59,365 nucleotides of DNA, filler included, from 6 parts of 6 records of this genome joined end to end with filler, not necessarily neighbours in it; one strand, 5' to 3'; shown: positions 21,729-35,484, counted from the first letter of the whole stretch. Numbers and translations: made by a program. The notes: a model not told the origin generated them from the sequence alone.

Positions 21729-22617
21729 TCAATCCAGTGTGCGGGTCACTTCCTCGCGCTCAAATATTTCGATCACGTCGCCTGCGCGGATATCATCGTA
21801 GTTTTCGAACGCCATACCGCATTCCTGACCCGACTGAACCTCGGCCACCTCGTCCTTGAAGCGCTTGAGCGTCTTCAACGTGCCTTCGTGGATCACCACG
21901 TTGTCGCGCAGCAGGCGGACGCCCGCGGAACGACGCGCCACGCCTTCGGTGACCAGACAGCCAGCAACCTTGCCGACACCGGTAACCTTGAAGACTTCGC
22001 GAATCTCGGCGTAGCCAATGAACTTCTCGCGGATCTCGGCGCTCAGCAGGCCTGAAGCGGCGGCTTTTACGTCATCCACAAGGTCATAGATTACCGAGTA
22101 ATAACGGATCTCTACGCCCTTCTGGTTTGCGGTGTTCCGCGCTGACGTATTGGCACGAACGTTAAAGCCCAGGATCGGTGCGCCCGAGGCTTCGGCGAGG
22201 CCGACATCCGTTTCGGTGATCGCACCTACGCCCGAGTGCAAGACGCGTACACGCACTTCGTCGTTGCCGATTTTTTCCATCGCTTGAACGATGGCTTCGG
22301 CTGAACCTTGTACATCCGCCTTCATCAGAATCGGAAGCTCGTTGACGTTTTCGTCTTCTTTGGCCTTCTGCATCAGCTGTTCAAGGGTTGTCGCAGCGCC
22401 AGCGGCGGCGCGCTTGTCCTTGGCGGCTTGTTCACGATAGGCGGCAATCTCACGCGCCTGCGCTTCGGTCTCGGTCACGTTCAGAACGTCGCCCGCTTCG
22501 GGCGTACCGTTCAGGCCAAGAACCTCAACGGGAACCGAGGGTCCGGCTTCCTTGACGCGGTCACCCTTGTCGTTGATCAGAGCACGAACCTTACCGTACT
22601 GCTCACCCACAACGAAG
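21729..22617 (-). CDS. infB: Translation initiation factor IF-2, C-terminal part (truncated)
   Basis: [27 protein letters not shown]-like [25 protein letters not shown]. Confidence 0.97.
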
Positions 22618-22717
22618 NNNNNNNNNNNNNNNNNNNNNNNNNNNNNNNNNNNNNNNNNNNNTTAATTAATTAANNNNNNNNNNNNNNNNNNNNNNNNNNN
22701 NNNNNNNNNNNNNNNNN
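22618..22717. other. Artificial contig spacer 2
   Basis: N run with TTAATTAATTAA. Confidence 0.99.
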
Positions 22718-22843
22718 CGGCGCAGCGCGAACGGGAAGCATTTTGCATATTGCGCGCAACCTCCGGTCTGCTCAGTGTTTCAACTCTCAAGATTCCGTAG
22801 TGTGCTATGCGGGAAACGCAATAAACCAAGTCCCGCAACGTAC

Positions 22844-24803
22844 AGTCCGGATACGCAATTTTGTCTACATGCATATGCTTCGATATTTGATGCCACCGTA
22901 AGCATGTTCCAAAACAAGGTTAGCAACGCGTCGAGGTAAACGTCGAGTGTGCCAAGGAAAGAAAACGGGACAGGAGGGAGAGTCAGCGCATCTGAAGAAC
23001 CGGCTCTCACGAACGCAGCTGTAACACCTCGCTCCACTTGGCCTTTCTCCTTCCTTTCGCGCGCACGCTTGACCATGCCATGTAGCTGCCAATCTGACTT
23101 CACTCGATAATGTCACATTGTGAATTCAAACGGAGACTCTGCAAGCGAAGCACGCGTCCTGCGATTTATTTCGCCGCGCACCCAGTACTCATCATTCATG
23201 TGATCAGTTCCTTCTTTTCGGTACGCTTCCCCTCGCATCCGCGAAAACAGCATCGGGGCAGCAAATGATACCTGTAATATGCAATGAGAAATTCCACGGA
23301 GATGGAAATAAGGAAACATCGGCGACGAGAAAAACAAAACGGGGTACGATAAACGATAGGCAGCAAGCTGTCCGTTGCTGCGCGGTGAGGAACGCGCACC
23401 ACACTGCGCGAGTTTCTACATGTCGTCTCCCATCGATGTCAGGTGCGCACAAACCTCGGAAACCCCAAAAATTTCCTTGACTTGGAGTTGAACGCGCTCT
23501 GTGACATTACGAAAGAGATCCATTTCCTGCAAAAGCGGCACCGAATGCGGCGGATTGTGTTGGAGACGGCTGGCGATGAGCGCGATGAGCGCACCCAGCT
23601 GCGATCGACAGGGCGCAGCGCGTGCGGCGTGCACACACAGGGTGATCTCTCCCGAAACTGCATACAAACGTCCGAAGCACGACCCCTAGCGCCTTATGGC
23701 CGCCCTATGTCGTCAATTGGATACATCACGTAAGAAATGACGCCATGATCATAACGAAGGAGGTCGTTACTCTGCATTCCTCGCTCTCCCACCAGCGCTG
23801 CAGCGGTCCAATCGCGCTCGAACAGCCGCTCGGAAGTCTGCTCGCTGCGACGGTACGAATGGCCAAGCAAACGCACCGATGCATCGAAGAGTGCATTTTT
23901 GCCATCATATATATTCCGGTGTACTCGATTCCCTATTCGCCCGAAACCGGCATGGATATCGACAATGGAAGGACCGGCAATCGGCGGCGGAGCAACACGC
24001 GCCATGGCGCGCTCTGCCATCGATCGCAGTACGCGTGCTTCATCTGCACTGACAACGCCATCCCTACAAAATAGCACGCGAAAAGGCCCATCGCGCTTCG
24101 ATACTCAAAAGATACGCCTATACCATGCAAATTGGAGAGTTGGTGTGATATTGACGAATAACAAAGCAGAAAAAAAGGACGAGCCCGGCGTTGTTGCTAT
24201 AGCAGCCGAAGTAAAGGCGGCGCTGCTGGCGAGCACGACAAGCGCATACCTTACCGATCTCGCACAGCGCGCTGGTGAGCACTGCGGCACCCACGGGTTA
24301 TACCATTTCGAGACGCAGGTTCGGTTTGTCACCTGAAGGATATGAGTACAAATGTTTGCATTCACGTGTGTAAACAACCTTGTATGAAAGGTGGGCTGAC
24401 GGCCAGGACGCAGTGCACTGTGCTGCAGGAACGCGGTGATGCTTGTGGTCGCACTGCGGGCTACGTGGTGGAACTCGCGCTCGTGTGCGAGGTGCCACGC
24501 GTGCGCCCTGCGTTTCTCCTCGATAGAGCTTCCCACCCGCACGCGTGCCGCCGTTCCGTCGACTATCTACATTAAACGGGATAGATCGTGTAGATCAGGG
24601 AAGGAAGTTTTAGAGCGCACCAGAGCGTCGGCAAAGTCTGTTTCGCGCGGCGCCCACACAGGGATCGAGTGCGGGACGAAGCGCACGGCGAGCGCTGCGA
24701 CAAGCAGAGCCAGCCCGGCAACGCCTGCACGCTGAAGAACTGGCCGGAGCGATGAAGTACTCGATGGTGCCCGAGAGACTCGCTGCGCTCGTTTTGATCT
24801 CAT
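22844..24803 (-). CDS. Eukaryotic 2OG-Fe(II) oxygenase OGFOD3-like, at least 6 exons, 3'-truncated
   Basis: Phase-consistent exons 24803-24621, 24332-24250, 24063-23877, 23526-23455, 23271-23182, 22877-22844. Product: N-terminal TM helix, QCSPARCAR..DGVVSADEA, GPSIVDIHAG, PMLFSR, DEYWHMHVDK, matching the OGFOD3 CTPxKCGR / SILDLHSG / PTFFSR / EYWHxHVDK motifs. Confidence 0.85.
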
Positions 24804-25321
24804 AATGCGCACGCGCTGTGTACAGTCGTCTTTCGCCAGTCGACCACGCACAGTTGCAGCATACCCTCTCACGCACGCGCCAGAGCCCTCGGGCGCGCTC
24901 GCCGCAAAAGGCACGGACTGGGAGCTGCTGGCCTGTTCGAATAAGATTATGCTCATGTCGATATTACAAAGCGAGTTTCAGATTTGGATCAATTTGCACA
25001 GATATTACAGACAGCGCCGCCCGGATTTGTAATTCAGAACATTACACACTTGCCAATTTCCCGTTCATTTCAATTCCTGTGTACAAAACTCTTCTTTTGC
25101 ACAAGCTTTTCGCAGCGCTATTTGTACAGAGTTGCTACAACCGGAAGGAAACCTTGAGCGCACACATAGTTCGTCAGGACGTGCGCGGGCGCGCGCGACG
25201 CAGTTGGTCTTCCGAAGCGACCTCCTCTTGCGGTTTCTGTGCTTTGCGGACCCGAAGCCCAGTCTCTCTCCTTTATTAGAATACCTTTCCTTGCAACTCG
25301 TACCGAGTTTTTTCCTGTACA

Positions 25322-26747
25322 ATGGCGGGCAATCCGATGGCACAGGCTCAGCTCGAGCAGGCTATGGCGAAAATGGTGGGCACGATTGAGCGTGCGGTCG
25401 ACGACGAAATCGACCGGCTGGATAACCTTGGCGATGGCGACCTGGCCAAGATCCGTGCTAAGCGCCTTGCAGAAATGAAACGGCGCCAGACGGATCGCAA
25501 GAAATGGGAAGCTGCAGGCCACGGATCAGTCTGGGATGTGTCGGACCAGCCGCAGTTTTTCGAAGAGGTTCGTTCGGGGTACCATTGCTATGTTTTCGCT
25601 TCCTGTGCGGCTGGGCGTGCGCTCTACACGTGGGAGGTGTCCATCCTCTACAGCTGCTCGCTTTCCCGCGCCTCGCCGTGCTTGCACTGCGGCTTCCTTG
25701 CTCTCTGGTCCGCGCGCTACTTTCTCGGTACTCGAGCGCAGGGCACGCACATGCTTGTAATACTCTCTGGTATATGATTCCGCGCATAGGTCGCATATCC
25801 ACATGCACGGTGCGCGCGTCTTTGGTGCGAGGTTTTGACGTGCAGGGCATCCGCGGGCGCCGCGGCTGCTGATCAGCACAGGCGAAACAGGGAGACTTCG
25901 GGGGCCAGCGCCTGCTGCCAGCCGCCAGTCGTTTGCGCAAGTAGTGTGTGTGCCGCGCCGTGCGATCGTTCCTCGGGTTCGCCACGTCGCATCGACGTAA
26001 CTTGCTTGTTCTATGCGCTCGAACGTAATCGGCGAATTGAATAGGACGTGCTGTGACAAGAACGAGCTTGTAGCGCGTTTGTGCAGCTGAGCGTCTGTGG
26101 CGTGCGCGTGCGGCGCTGTCGCTCTCTCGCGCTTCTACGCGCGGTTTGGGCTGCTGCTGCTTTTTGCCAGAAGTACAGCCCTGCGCGAATTCATTTTTGG
26201 CGCCCCGTGTATTATTATTTGATTGGTAGTATGCGATATTATTGCGTTTCAAGTGGCACAGGAAATGCGGATGCAGGCGCTTGTGCTTTCACTTCGTTCG
26301 GTGTGACTCTCCGCCATGCTTGCGGCGCGCGACAAACGACGGGCGAGCTGCGCGCCTCACACTAGCTCTCTCGTGCGTGGGTCCACTTTACAGGTCAAGA
26401 AGTCTGAGCGCGTCGTTGTCATGTTTTATCGAGAGTGGAACGACTTTTCCAGCCTTTTGGACAAGGCGCTCGTGGAGTTGGCGCCCAAGCACATGGAGAC
26501 GCGGTTTATGCGCATGAACGCCGAGAAGGCGCCGTTCATTTGCGAAAGGCTTTCGATTCGTGTTATGCCCTCCATGGTGCTCTTTAAAAAGGAAACGGTG
26601 CATGACCGCATCATGGGCCTTGATCAGATCGGTCGTGGTGATGGCAGTTTCACGACTAAAGATGTCGAGGTCCGCCTTGCGAACTCGGATATCATCGAGA
26701 TCGACTACACTCCGGACGAAGATGCCAATAGCGACGATGAGCGCTAG
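25322..26747 (+). CDS. Thioredoxin domain-containing protein 9 / phosducin-like protein 3, 2 exons, 199 aa
   Basis: Exons 25322-25567 and 26394-26747 (826-nt GT-AG intron) join as FFEE|VKKSERVV; GHG, HMETRF, NAEKAPF, ERL.IRV.P motifs. Confidence 0.9.
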
Positions 26748-26906
26748 GCGAGACGCCCCCAAGAATCTGCGCCGCGATGGCAACCTACTCTCGACGCGCG
26801 ACGCTTGTTCGTCGTCGCAATGCGCCATGCTGCCGAGCTCCCACTGTAGTGCACATGTCAAATATATGTCTCTCGCCATGGAAGCTGGTGTACGGTCCCG
26901 CGCGAA

Positions 26907-27775
26907 CTAGGCGTACGATCTGCAATCCACGTTTGAGAAGCACGCGCTACGCCCGCACGCTATCACGGGCAATCCATTGGGCGCCGGAATCCCTTTGCTG
27001 GCAGATATTGCCAGTTGTGCGTAGCGAAGCTTGCTTCTTTTTCTCCCTTTTCCCCTTTGCTCGCCGAGTTGCTGGGCTGTCGTATACGTCATTACGGCAT
27101 AATGTATGTCGAGGAGGAGCTCTGTTCTCGCAGTTGGAAGAACTCGGTTCGCACTCGCAGCGAAGTTGTCAGCCAGGAGCTTGTTGTGCGCACGGTTCTG
27201 TGGTGCGGCGGTAATGCACCATGAAAGAGAATCGGTGCGCACGCCCGCGCTCAGATCGAACGCTGCAGTCTCCTAAGCCCTTGCACAATGGCCATATAAT
27301 GCTACGGATGTGCCTTTCTCGAGAGAATCAAGGTAGAAATAGACAGGGCAAAAGGGAAGCAATGCACCGCAAAGTGCAGCGAGCGAGTTGCTGGTACATC
27401 CACGGCTAGGGTCGCGCGGGGCGCACGTTGCGGAGGAAGCCCTCCCATCGGCGTCGACCCCGAACGCGTGGCAGTGAGAAACGCCGGCAAGTGCAACATC
27501 CCCTAGTTAGGTGCAAGTCCGCCAACGCTGCGCGGCGCACAAAGTCCGCCCACACACGAGGCACGTTTGTCCCGCAACGCGCGTCCTTCATACCTCCCTG
27601 CACTCCCTGACGGAAAGCAACGCTGCCGAAACTTGCCCGAAGTAGTGCACGAAAGAGGGTGGCTTGCAACGACACATTGCAGAAGGCAGCGTACTTGCTG
27701 TGCGTGAGCTTTTTGCATTCCAGTTTGCACAAGTTTGCTCGAAGGAACGCGAGGATCGATTTTCAACGACGCTGT
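26907..27775 (-). CDS. Possible multi-exon hypothetical gene
   Basis: Candidate exon-like segments bounded by AG and GTACGC/GTGCAT near 27770-27694, 27502-27368 and 27198-26907; no recognisable domain. Confidence 0.25.
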
Positions 27776-28849
27776 GAAGCTCAGTCAAGTTGCAAATCTT
27801 AGAATTGCGGTGAAATAGACCGGTCACTCTGTAGAACCCGCCAGTCACTGCGGCTTGCTTCGCTTGCATTCGTGTAGCGCGGGAAGCTTGCGGCGAAGGC
27901 GCCATTCTTGAACCTCGTTGCAAGCTCGCGCGTCGCGGTTTCAGCTCCCTCCGACGGTAAGCTCATCTCGACATCTATCCCTTGGTCATGACAGGGGCTG
28001 TTTTGATTGTCAGAAGTGCAAATATGACAATTTGATGCGCTCTGTGGCCAGAAGCGAGGGAATACAGACCGCGTGCTGGGGTGGTCCGTCGGAGTGCCAA
28101 GCCGGGGTACTTGGTTTGTTAAAGGCGGGGAACGCGAGCGATTGGGATTGCGGCTGGACTTCCCAGGCGAGCGCGGTTGAGCGAGGATGCGCGTGTGGCC
28201 CAATACGTAGCATGCTACAAGTAGCGCTATTTCTTATGCCACCGGGAGAGTGTTCTATTACTTTGGTGCATACACTATTTTTCATTAGTTGACGGAAGTT
28301 TCCTCCATGTGCACGTGGGAAGGGTGGCGTAGCCTTTTCCTATACGAGCAGCGTTGCGACGAGTCGGAATCGGCGGGAAGTCTCATAATTTAGGTTCCGT
28401 TTGCCGGGGACACGACCATGTGTGCTGTTGGGTCCTCCGTCCATAGTACCACATGGTCTCGTACACGAGACTATCAGTTCAGCTCTTGGACGTTTACAGA
28501 TGTCGCAGTGTATTGGCAAAGAGCGTAGCAGCGTATGGTGTCAATCCAAAAGCGCTGTCGCGTTTCGGTGTTGGGGCAAGCGGCAAGCAATTTCTCAGTG
28601 CGCCGTGGGAAATGATGGACGACGCGCACGAGGTGGACAGAGCACATTGCACTCGAGCTGCACGCGCAATTGCCACGGGCAATCCAAATTTCCCGCAATA
28701 GGTTCAGTTTGTAACCTGTTTACGTTTTATTTCCATTTTTGTCCAACTTTTGTACAGCAGTGTATTGTTGGAGACTCGGCTCGCCTACGGCTTCGCGCGG
28801 GCGGCACTGGGCGTGGGGCGACGGGGACAAAAGCACTTGGGGGATGCCT

Positions 28850-31800
28850 ATGGAGGTGACTCCGCGTCGCGGCCGCGTGCTAACGCTTGCGGATCTAGAC
28901 GCTCTCGAGTATCCTTTCATCAATGACCAGGAGCCTCTGGTACGCCACACAGCTTGCATGGCTTTGCAGCGTATACCACGGGTCAGAATCCGGCGAAGTC
29001 GAACTCTCGTCTCTGGCAGAGCAGCACGTTGATTACGTTCTTTCAGCCAAGACCGCCTTGGGAGACGGCACTGTCGACCTCTGTCGCTGCTTTCCGTCTC
29101 ATGGCAAAGTGGCGTTGAGCCGAACTTTTCTGTAGAATTACGATAGGCACCGCGGGCTACTGCCCCGTTTGCTGGCTAGCAAGAACGCATTTTTCGAGAA
29201 TTCGAGCTTCGCAACAATGGCGGATGTTGCACTTGTTCGAGGTTGCAACGCTGCAAACAGGAAAAAAACTCGTTGCGCACCTATGATTTCTACAGCATTC
29301 GAAAAACCAGCGAATGTGCACGTGGTTTGAATGGTGGGTGTTTGTTTCCCTTTTGTTCTCTCCTCCACGGGGCTTTGCGTCGCGCAGCACTCTCTCCCTG
29401 TGCACCGTGCCGATGTACTGCGGCCGCAGAGTGCCCCTTCTGTTTCGCGCTCACTTCATTCTCCAAGCCCGCTCGATCGCTCAAGCAGTTCCTTGTGGGC
29501 GTCCCCCAAGAGCAATTTACGGCGAATCAATATGGACATGCTTTGGGTACGGTACCGGGTACCGCCCGTCCAGCGAGAATGGGGCGCACGGCGCCACTAC
29601 GCGGAAGCCAGGCTTAAAGTTTGGGATTGCATGGAAACTCCTTGTTTCCCTATCTCTAGCTTGCTACACAGTGTGACGATTGCTATGTTCTTTGCGCAGC
29701 TGTTCATAATATTACGGCGATCAGCCGTGTATTTCTTCGTTTTTGATTCCCGAAAGGGCTTGCAATACTTCCCTCTGCGCATGGTTTCCATTCGGCCACG
29801 TGTGCGCGGGCGGGGTTCGTGGCTCTACCTTGCAGGAAAGAACTCCGCAGCCGAAACAGGAAAACCGGGGCCAACTGACGCACAACGGGCATCTGTCTCG
29901 TCCAAGCACCAGTAAACAACATATTAGCACACTTATGAATAGTCCCGCACAACATCAATACGGCCACCGCCGAACGCCAAACTCTCAATCGAAGGAACGT
30001 GTATCCAGGGTGCGTGTTCGACGTGTGACCATGGCAGGCAGCAGCACTATGCCGGCTGTGAGCACATTACATCGTGTGCAGGGATGTCTGGGGGATACTG
30101 CTTGAAACTGCTCAATCTCGAACGGATATACAGCAATGGTCTGTACACAAGGAGTGATACTTCATCGAGACAGAGGTCACAGCTGTGATGTGCGCCCTTG
30201 TACGCGTGAAACGAAGCGAGGGTCCCTCATGCCTTTGCCTGCGTAGCGGAGGTCGGGGGCCTTCATTCAGAGTGCTGACGAGTGTAATTCACAGTCAAAA
30301 GCATTGCGCGAACAGCGAACGCAATGTTCTGGTTTTACAAAGTTCACGGGGATTACAGCTGCGAACACACAGGTCAAAGCAGGCATGAGACAGCGCAGAG
30401 CTATGAAAAATGTGCTGCGCCGATTCTCTCCGTTGGACCCCACTCTTGGAAAACCGCGCTTGTTTTCTCCTCGCTTGAGAGGCTTGTCGGTATATGTTTG
30501 GGTGATGGATGCCCGTGGTTCTTGTTCGTGTCAATTGTACTGCTGAATAGTGGAATGTGACTTCGGATTGTGAACTGGGAAAAATGTTGTTACGCAGGAA
30601 GTCGACCAGGCCCGCCAGGCTCTTTTCACGTACTCGCCGAAGTTGACGAAGATCGCCGAGCGTGTTTCCCGCGCCAAGCCCTGGTGGGAGGATCTTTCTG
30701 CACCGTCGCCAAAGCATGTACGTGTATCATTCCTTGACCAAGGTCAATGGGTTCTATAGTAGATAGTGTGGTGGATGTTTCGCAAAGCAATGGAGAAATT
30801 GGTATTGTATTGCGTGTGAACCTGCGCAGGGTCAAGCAGATTACAACAGCACGATGTTCGGACCAGCGGTACGGTGAGATCCACACCAGTGCCGGGCAGA
30901 GTTTGTGAAGAAGCTGGTAGCTACACGCAAACACTGCATTTTAAGAGTACTGTAGATGTACACAATGACACTGCAAAGAAAGCTTTCATCGTGTTAGGCT
31001 CAGCGCTTTTTGCGAGTTGGGCTACTTCTGCTGCTCGCCTATCGCGCAAGCGCGCGGTCTAGACGAAGTGCAGATGAAGAAAGCATGGCCATGTTACCAA
31101 CCGGTGTCGTTCCTTTCACATATATTTCTTGCCCTCCAGATGGTACATGCTGTGCAAAGTCCCACGACGGAACGAATCACACTGCGTTTGCACAGAAAAA
31201 CGCCCGTTCATGCGAGAGCACCCGCGTCCGACACCTGTTCTGCGGACGTAGCGGGACCAACGGTCACTAGGCAGCAGCACTCTGCGCCGAACGACCCCGC
31301 CCCAAGGTCGCGGCCGCCGCGCCCTGGTCGCCCGAAAGGTCGCACAGATGCCGAGCGCTTCACGAGCAGTACAAAGAAAATAATTAGCCCATCAACGAAG
31401 CCTGACACGCGAACGAAGCGGAAATCGTCTCGTCTGAACGAGTTATACACGGAGGGCCAAAAATGGCACGACGCTAGACGGCGCGCCTTGGCTGCGCGCG
31501 AGGTACGCTTACGCGCATAGTACAGCACGTCTCGCGCGACGAATGCACGAAGGTGGGCAGTGCGTTGATTTTGCTCTAACATTGTTAATGTTGATTTACT
31601 GGGTTGAAATTTATTTTGGTTAATGTATGCTTATTGGGATTTGGCGATGTGGCGGGGCGGAGTGGGGAGTATCCCGTCGATTTAAGTCCGAGATGAGTTC
31701 GATTGGGCCGCTGTGATCTCTTCAAGCAGATTTGGATCGCAAAGACATTCAGCAGTTTCTTCTGACCTTGTGCGCTGGGTCTCCCCTCAGAAGCAATGCG

Positions 31801-34800
31801 CATTCGGCTATATCTAGAGTTTATACGACTTGTGCTGCATGCGGCTGATTATTGATTTTCTTGGGTGCCAACCGCTCCGCATTGCACCGGGACAAAAGAG
31901 CGCCAATTACGCCTTCGTTCGGAAGGTTTCGGTTCTCGCTTGCGCTGACTAACGCCGCGCGAATGTACTGACGTTCGTGTTTAACGATTTTTATTTAGAA
32001 TCGCGACCTCTCCGAATGTACCTTCCAGCCGATAATTAACAACAAATCTGCAAAATCAAAGCTGAACCGTGGGGGACGCCCTCCGCTTCACGAGAGAGCC
32101 GGCGATCTTCTTAGGCGGAAGTCCAAGCTGCTCCATGCGCTGTACGTTTGCAGAGGCCGGCGTGTAGATTCGCCGAAGTGTTCACGAAAGATGACGCTTG
32201 AACGTTTTTCTCTGTCGAAATACTCGTGCAATGAGCAGCTTTGGATTCTTCTCTCAACATTAGGGTGGCGCATTCCTTAGGACGCAGTCGTTTTTCCATT
32301 TTCTTTCCGCGGGTGCTTCGTAGAGCGGTGGTGCCGCACCCAGATTTCCTATACACAGCAGCCAGCTAGATCGAGAAAATGGACTCACCCCTCCAGACTG
32401 AGGTCTCTCTACCTTGGAATGTCTACACGTTAAGGGGCCTGAAGAAAGACAGGCTGAAAAATTTACAGCTCCCATCTGTGGTCATAGAAAAGAAACCTTG
32501 TTTGCGTACCGGCGAGCGGCTGTACTGTTTGTCGAGAAAGCGAGTTGGGCGCCAAACGCCAACGTCCCATGCATGCGGTTTTTGTTTCGAAACGCGCGCA
32601 TTGCAGAACGGAGCGCGAGCTGCAGCGGGTGATGCGAGATCGTCCCATGCTGTCGCGCACAACCAAGGCGATGGCACGCAGGCTTGATCAGCAGAACCGT
32701 GAGTCATTGGAGCCATGCAGCTCACTGCGCGCGGAACGGCGTCTTGCGCAGCTTCTCGACGAGCAGGCAAGCATGCTAACGCTGAGGTACGCTGGGACAA
32801 TGGCGTTGGGCACTCGCGAGCATGTTGCGGTGCCCGGCGTGAGAATTGAGGATCGGCGGCACTGTTGCGACGGAGGGGAACTGTACCATATGACGTTACC
32901 ATGTGGCTATCATCCCCATCAACGTGCTGTTGTAAGTTCTGTCAGAACAGAGGTACATGCGGTATGTCACGAGGATGCGACTCGCGGAAGTCGACGTACG
33001 GTTTAGCACTGTACAAAGCACGCAGCCTCAGCGCAAATAAATATCATGTATTGCCGCAATGTATGATGGAGCTCGTAATCCTTTTGTTTTGGTTTGCTTT
33101 TGGTGCTCACCATATTTGGGTTGTGTGCATTCCTTTGCGGGTTTACATATAGGCCGGAGATAAATCCAGTGTCGACGAGAATTGCAGCCGCAAGGCCGGA
33201 GCAGAGACTGCCCTTTCCTGAGCGCCAGCGTGTGTACGCCATGCAGCGCCGAGCTGAAACCGATGCTGGAGCTGCTAATTTGGCGCACACCGACGCAAAG
33301 ACTTCTCGACGATTACCAGCAAAGCGAAGATCAGAAATCCTTTCGCTTGTGAATGCGCTTGCTGGACACGATGTGGAGCGCCGGCGCCGGGAAGCAGTGG
33401 AGAGGGAGGAGCGTGCGCAGCGAGCGTATCCCTTTCACCCAGCGTTGTCCAAGCGAACAAAGTCCATCGGCCACGCGCATTCGGTGGACGAGCTGTACGC
33501 GGAAAGTCGCACTCGTGCCCAAGCAATCGATGCTGCGCGAATGGCCCAGATGGACAAGGAATTGTACGAGTGCACCTTTCAACCGGACACCGCGCCTAGC
33601 CGCCGTCCTCCAAGAGCTGGCGAGAGTCGCGGGGCGAGGTTCACAGCAGACGCGATTCGCGATCGCGTTCGGCAGTACGAGATGCGGCGCGCGGCATGGG
33701 ATGCAAGCCGTAAGGAAGCCGAACAAGCGGAAGCAGAAGAGTGCACCTTTGCTCCCCAGACATCGCAGCTACCTCGAGAACCAAGCGACCCTGTGCTGGT
33801 TCGCGGACTCGCGAGGTATGCGCAGCGAGAAGATGAAGAAGAATCGTGCCCGTAAGAGTGTGAGAACGAACGCAAGGAGCTGCTCCTATGCAGACTGCAG
33901 CATTCCCCGGCTCCTGGACATTTTCCTCACGCCGCGATGCGTCTTACCTGGTGGAAGGCATTGTGTCGTCTTTTGAAAGCGAGTTGGCAATGCATTGTGC
34001 GTATGCTGGGGAAGAGTATGGTTACCAACGCTGTTTGGCGTGCGAATCGCTGCTCCCCTCGCCCTACGTGATAGGTCTTTCCAATGCGTGTCGCAAGTGC
34101 GAACACCGATCCAGACTTACGTCTGTGCATCCAGTTTATCGGATATGTGCGTCTTTCTCTCATCGGTTGTGTTTATAACCCGTTGGAATTTGTACGTACC
34201 GCATGTCTTAGTTTCATCTCCCGCAAGGCGCAGGCGCGACGACTACAGGAAGAGCTCCGTGAGCGCGAGCGCAAGGTGCGTCGACGTAAGGCAATGGTGC
34301 CGGTGCTATGGCGGTGGGTTCCACCTAACAGGAAACCCATCTTACTAGCATAGCGCTTTAACGCCCACACTGATCGCTTGATGCATTGTATGTGAGTTGG
34401 TGTACCGAAGGACAAAGATGCGCGCTACCGTCATGACTCCTCTACCAATCACAGACCCTGAAGTACAGCCTGGCGATCGCGTTTCCTTTCCTGGCAAGCT
34501 GTGCGGCACCGTTCCTGCCAAGGTGTTGGACACGCGTGGATCCAAATCTTGCTCCATTGCTATCAGTGGTCAAGGAGTGTATAGAGACGGCATACGTGTA
34601 GACTTGTACTTGTGAGAAATCATTCGTGCAGTTTTGCGTTTTGGCGCTGGTAGGATGGTGCAGTCACTGGGTGCGCGCATCATTCACGAGGGCACTCGTT
34701 CTCACGATTTGGTGCTGTGTTTCGCAGGTCTTCAAACTAGCGCCGCGCGGAAATCCAAGATTGTACACGCGACCGCGACCGTTTCGTTTTCGGTGCGTGT

Positions 34801-35484
34801 TTTGGATTGAGAATCGAATCTTTCGATTCTTTGGGGGTGGTTTAGACGCATGATAGCAAGGATGTGGCCCGCTTTGTTCGCGCGAGGGCTCGGCTGCGCG
34901 GCGAGTTGTGCTGACACGGAGAGGGAGTGGGTTAACCTGCCTATCTACTCATGCGGTGCTCAGCAGGTGTCAATGAGCAGAGCGCGCGCGGTCTTTTCCA
35001 TTGTTTGTGCGATATCTGTACATATTGCTGGACGTAGCTCCGCGCGCTCTTCCTTGGCCAGCTCTGGCAACGGGTGGTTTGGTTTGGCGGTTTTCCAACG
35101 TCGGAGCACGTCGCGTGTTCCACTGGTCGGTTACCGCCGTTGGAGCATATTCATTGAGTGCGGGCTCCTCCGGTTCCAAACCTCTTTTGTTTCCGCGGCT
35201 GCACAGCGGCTTCAGATGAGCACGTATTTACTATTGCCAAGTGTCAGACAATGATAAGTGCAAGAGTAGTTTATGAATCAACGTAACGCTGGGCGGGTTG
35301 CAATTGGCACGTGGCCAGAGAAGGCGGGGCGATAACCGAGCATATTGTGCATTTCATTTGTGAACGTTCATATAGGCTGGAGCGCTTGTCCAGGGCAAGT
35401 GCTAGGAGCTATGCGCGCCGTCGCGAGGAAATACTGCAGGAGCGCGAGCGTGACTGGACGTTCTCTCCCCAGATCAATAGATAG
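28850..35484 (+). CDS. Uncharacterised multi-exon protein with repeated (EC)TFxP motifs
   Basis: Phase-consistent exons 30598-30717, 30830-30868, ~31275-31503, 31999-32141, 32607-32786, 33153-33815, 34212-34275, 34728-34792, 35376-35484. The 5' exons (28850 onward) are less certain. Confidence 0.7.

Noticed and set aside
21729..24803. Bacteria-to-eukaryote transfer suggested by infB lying next to intron-containing genes
   Set aside because: The two are separated by an artificial spacer and are not physically linked
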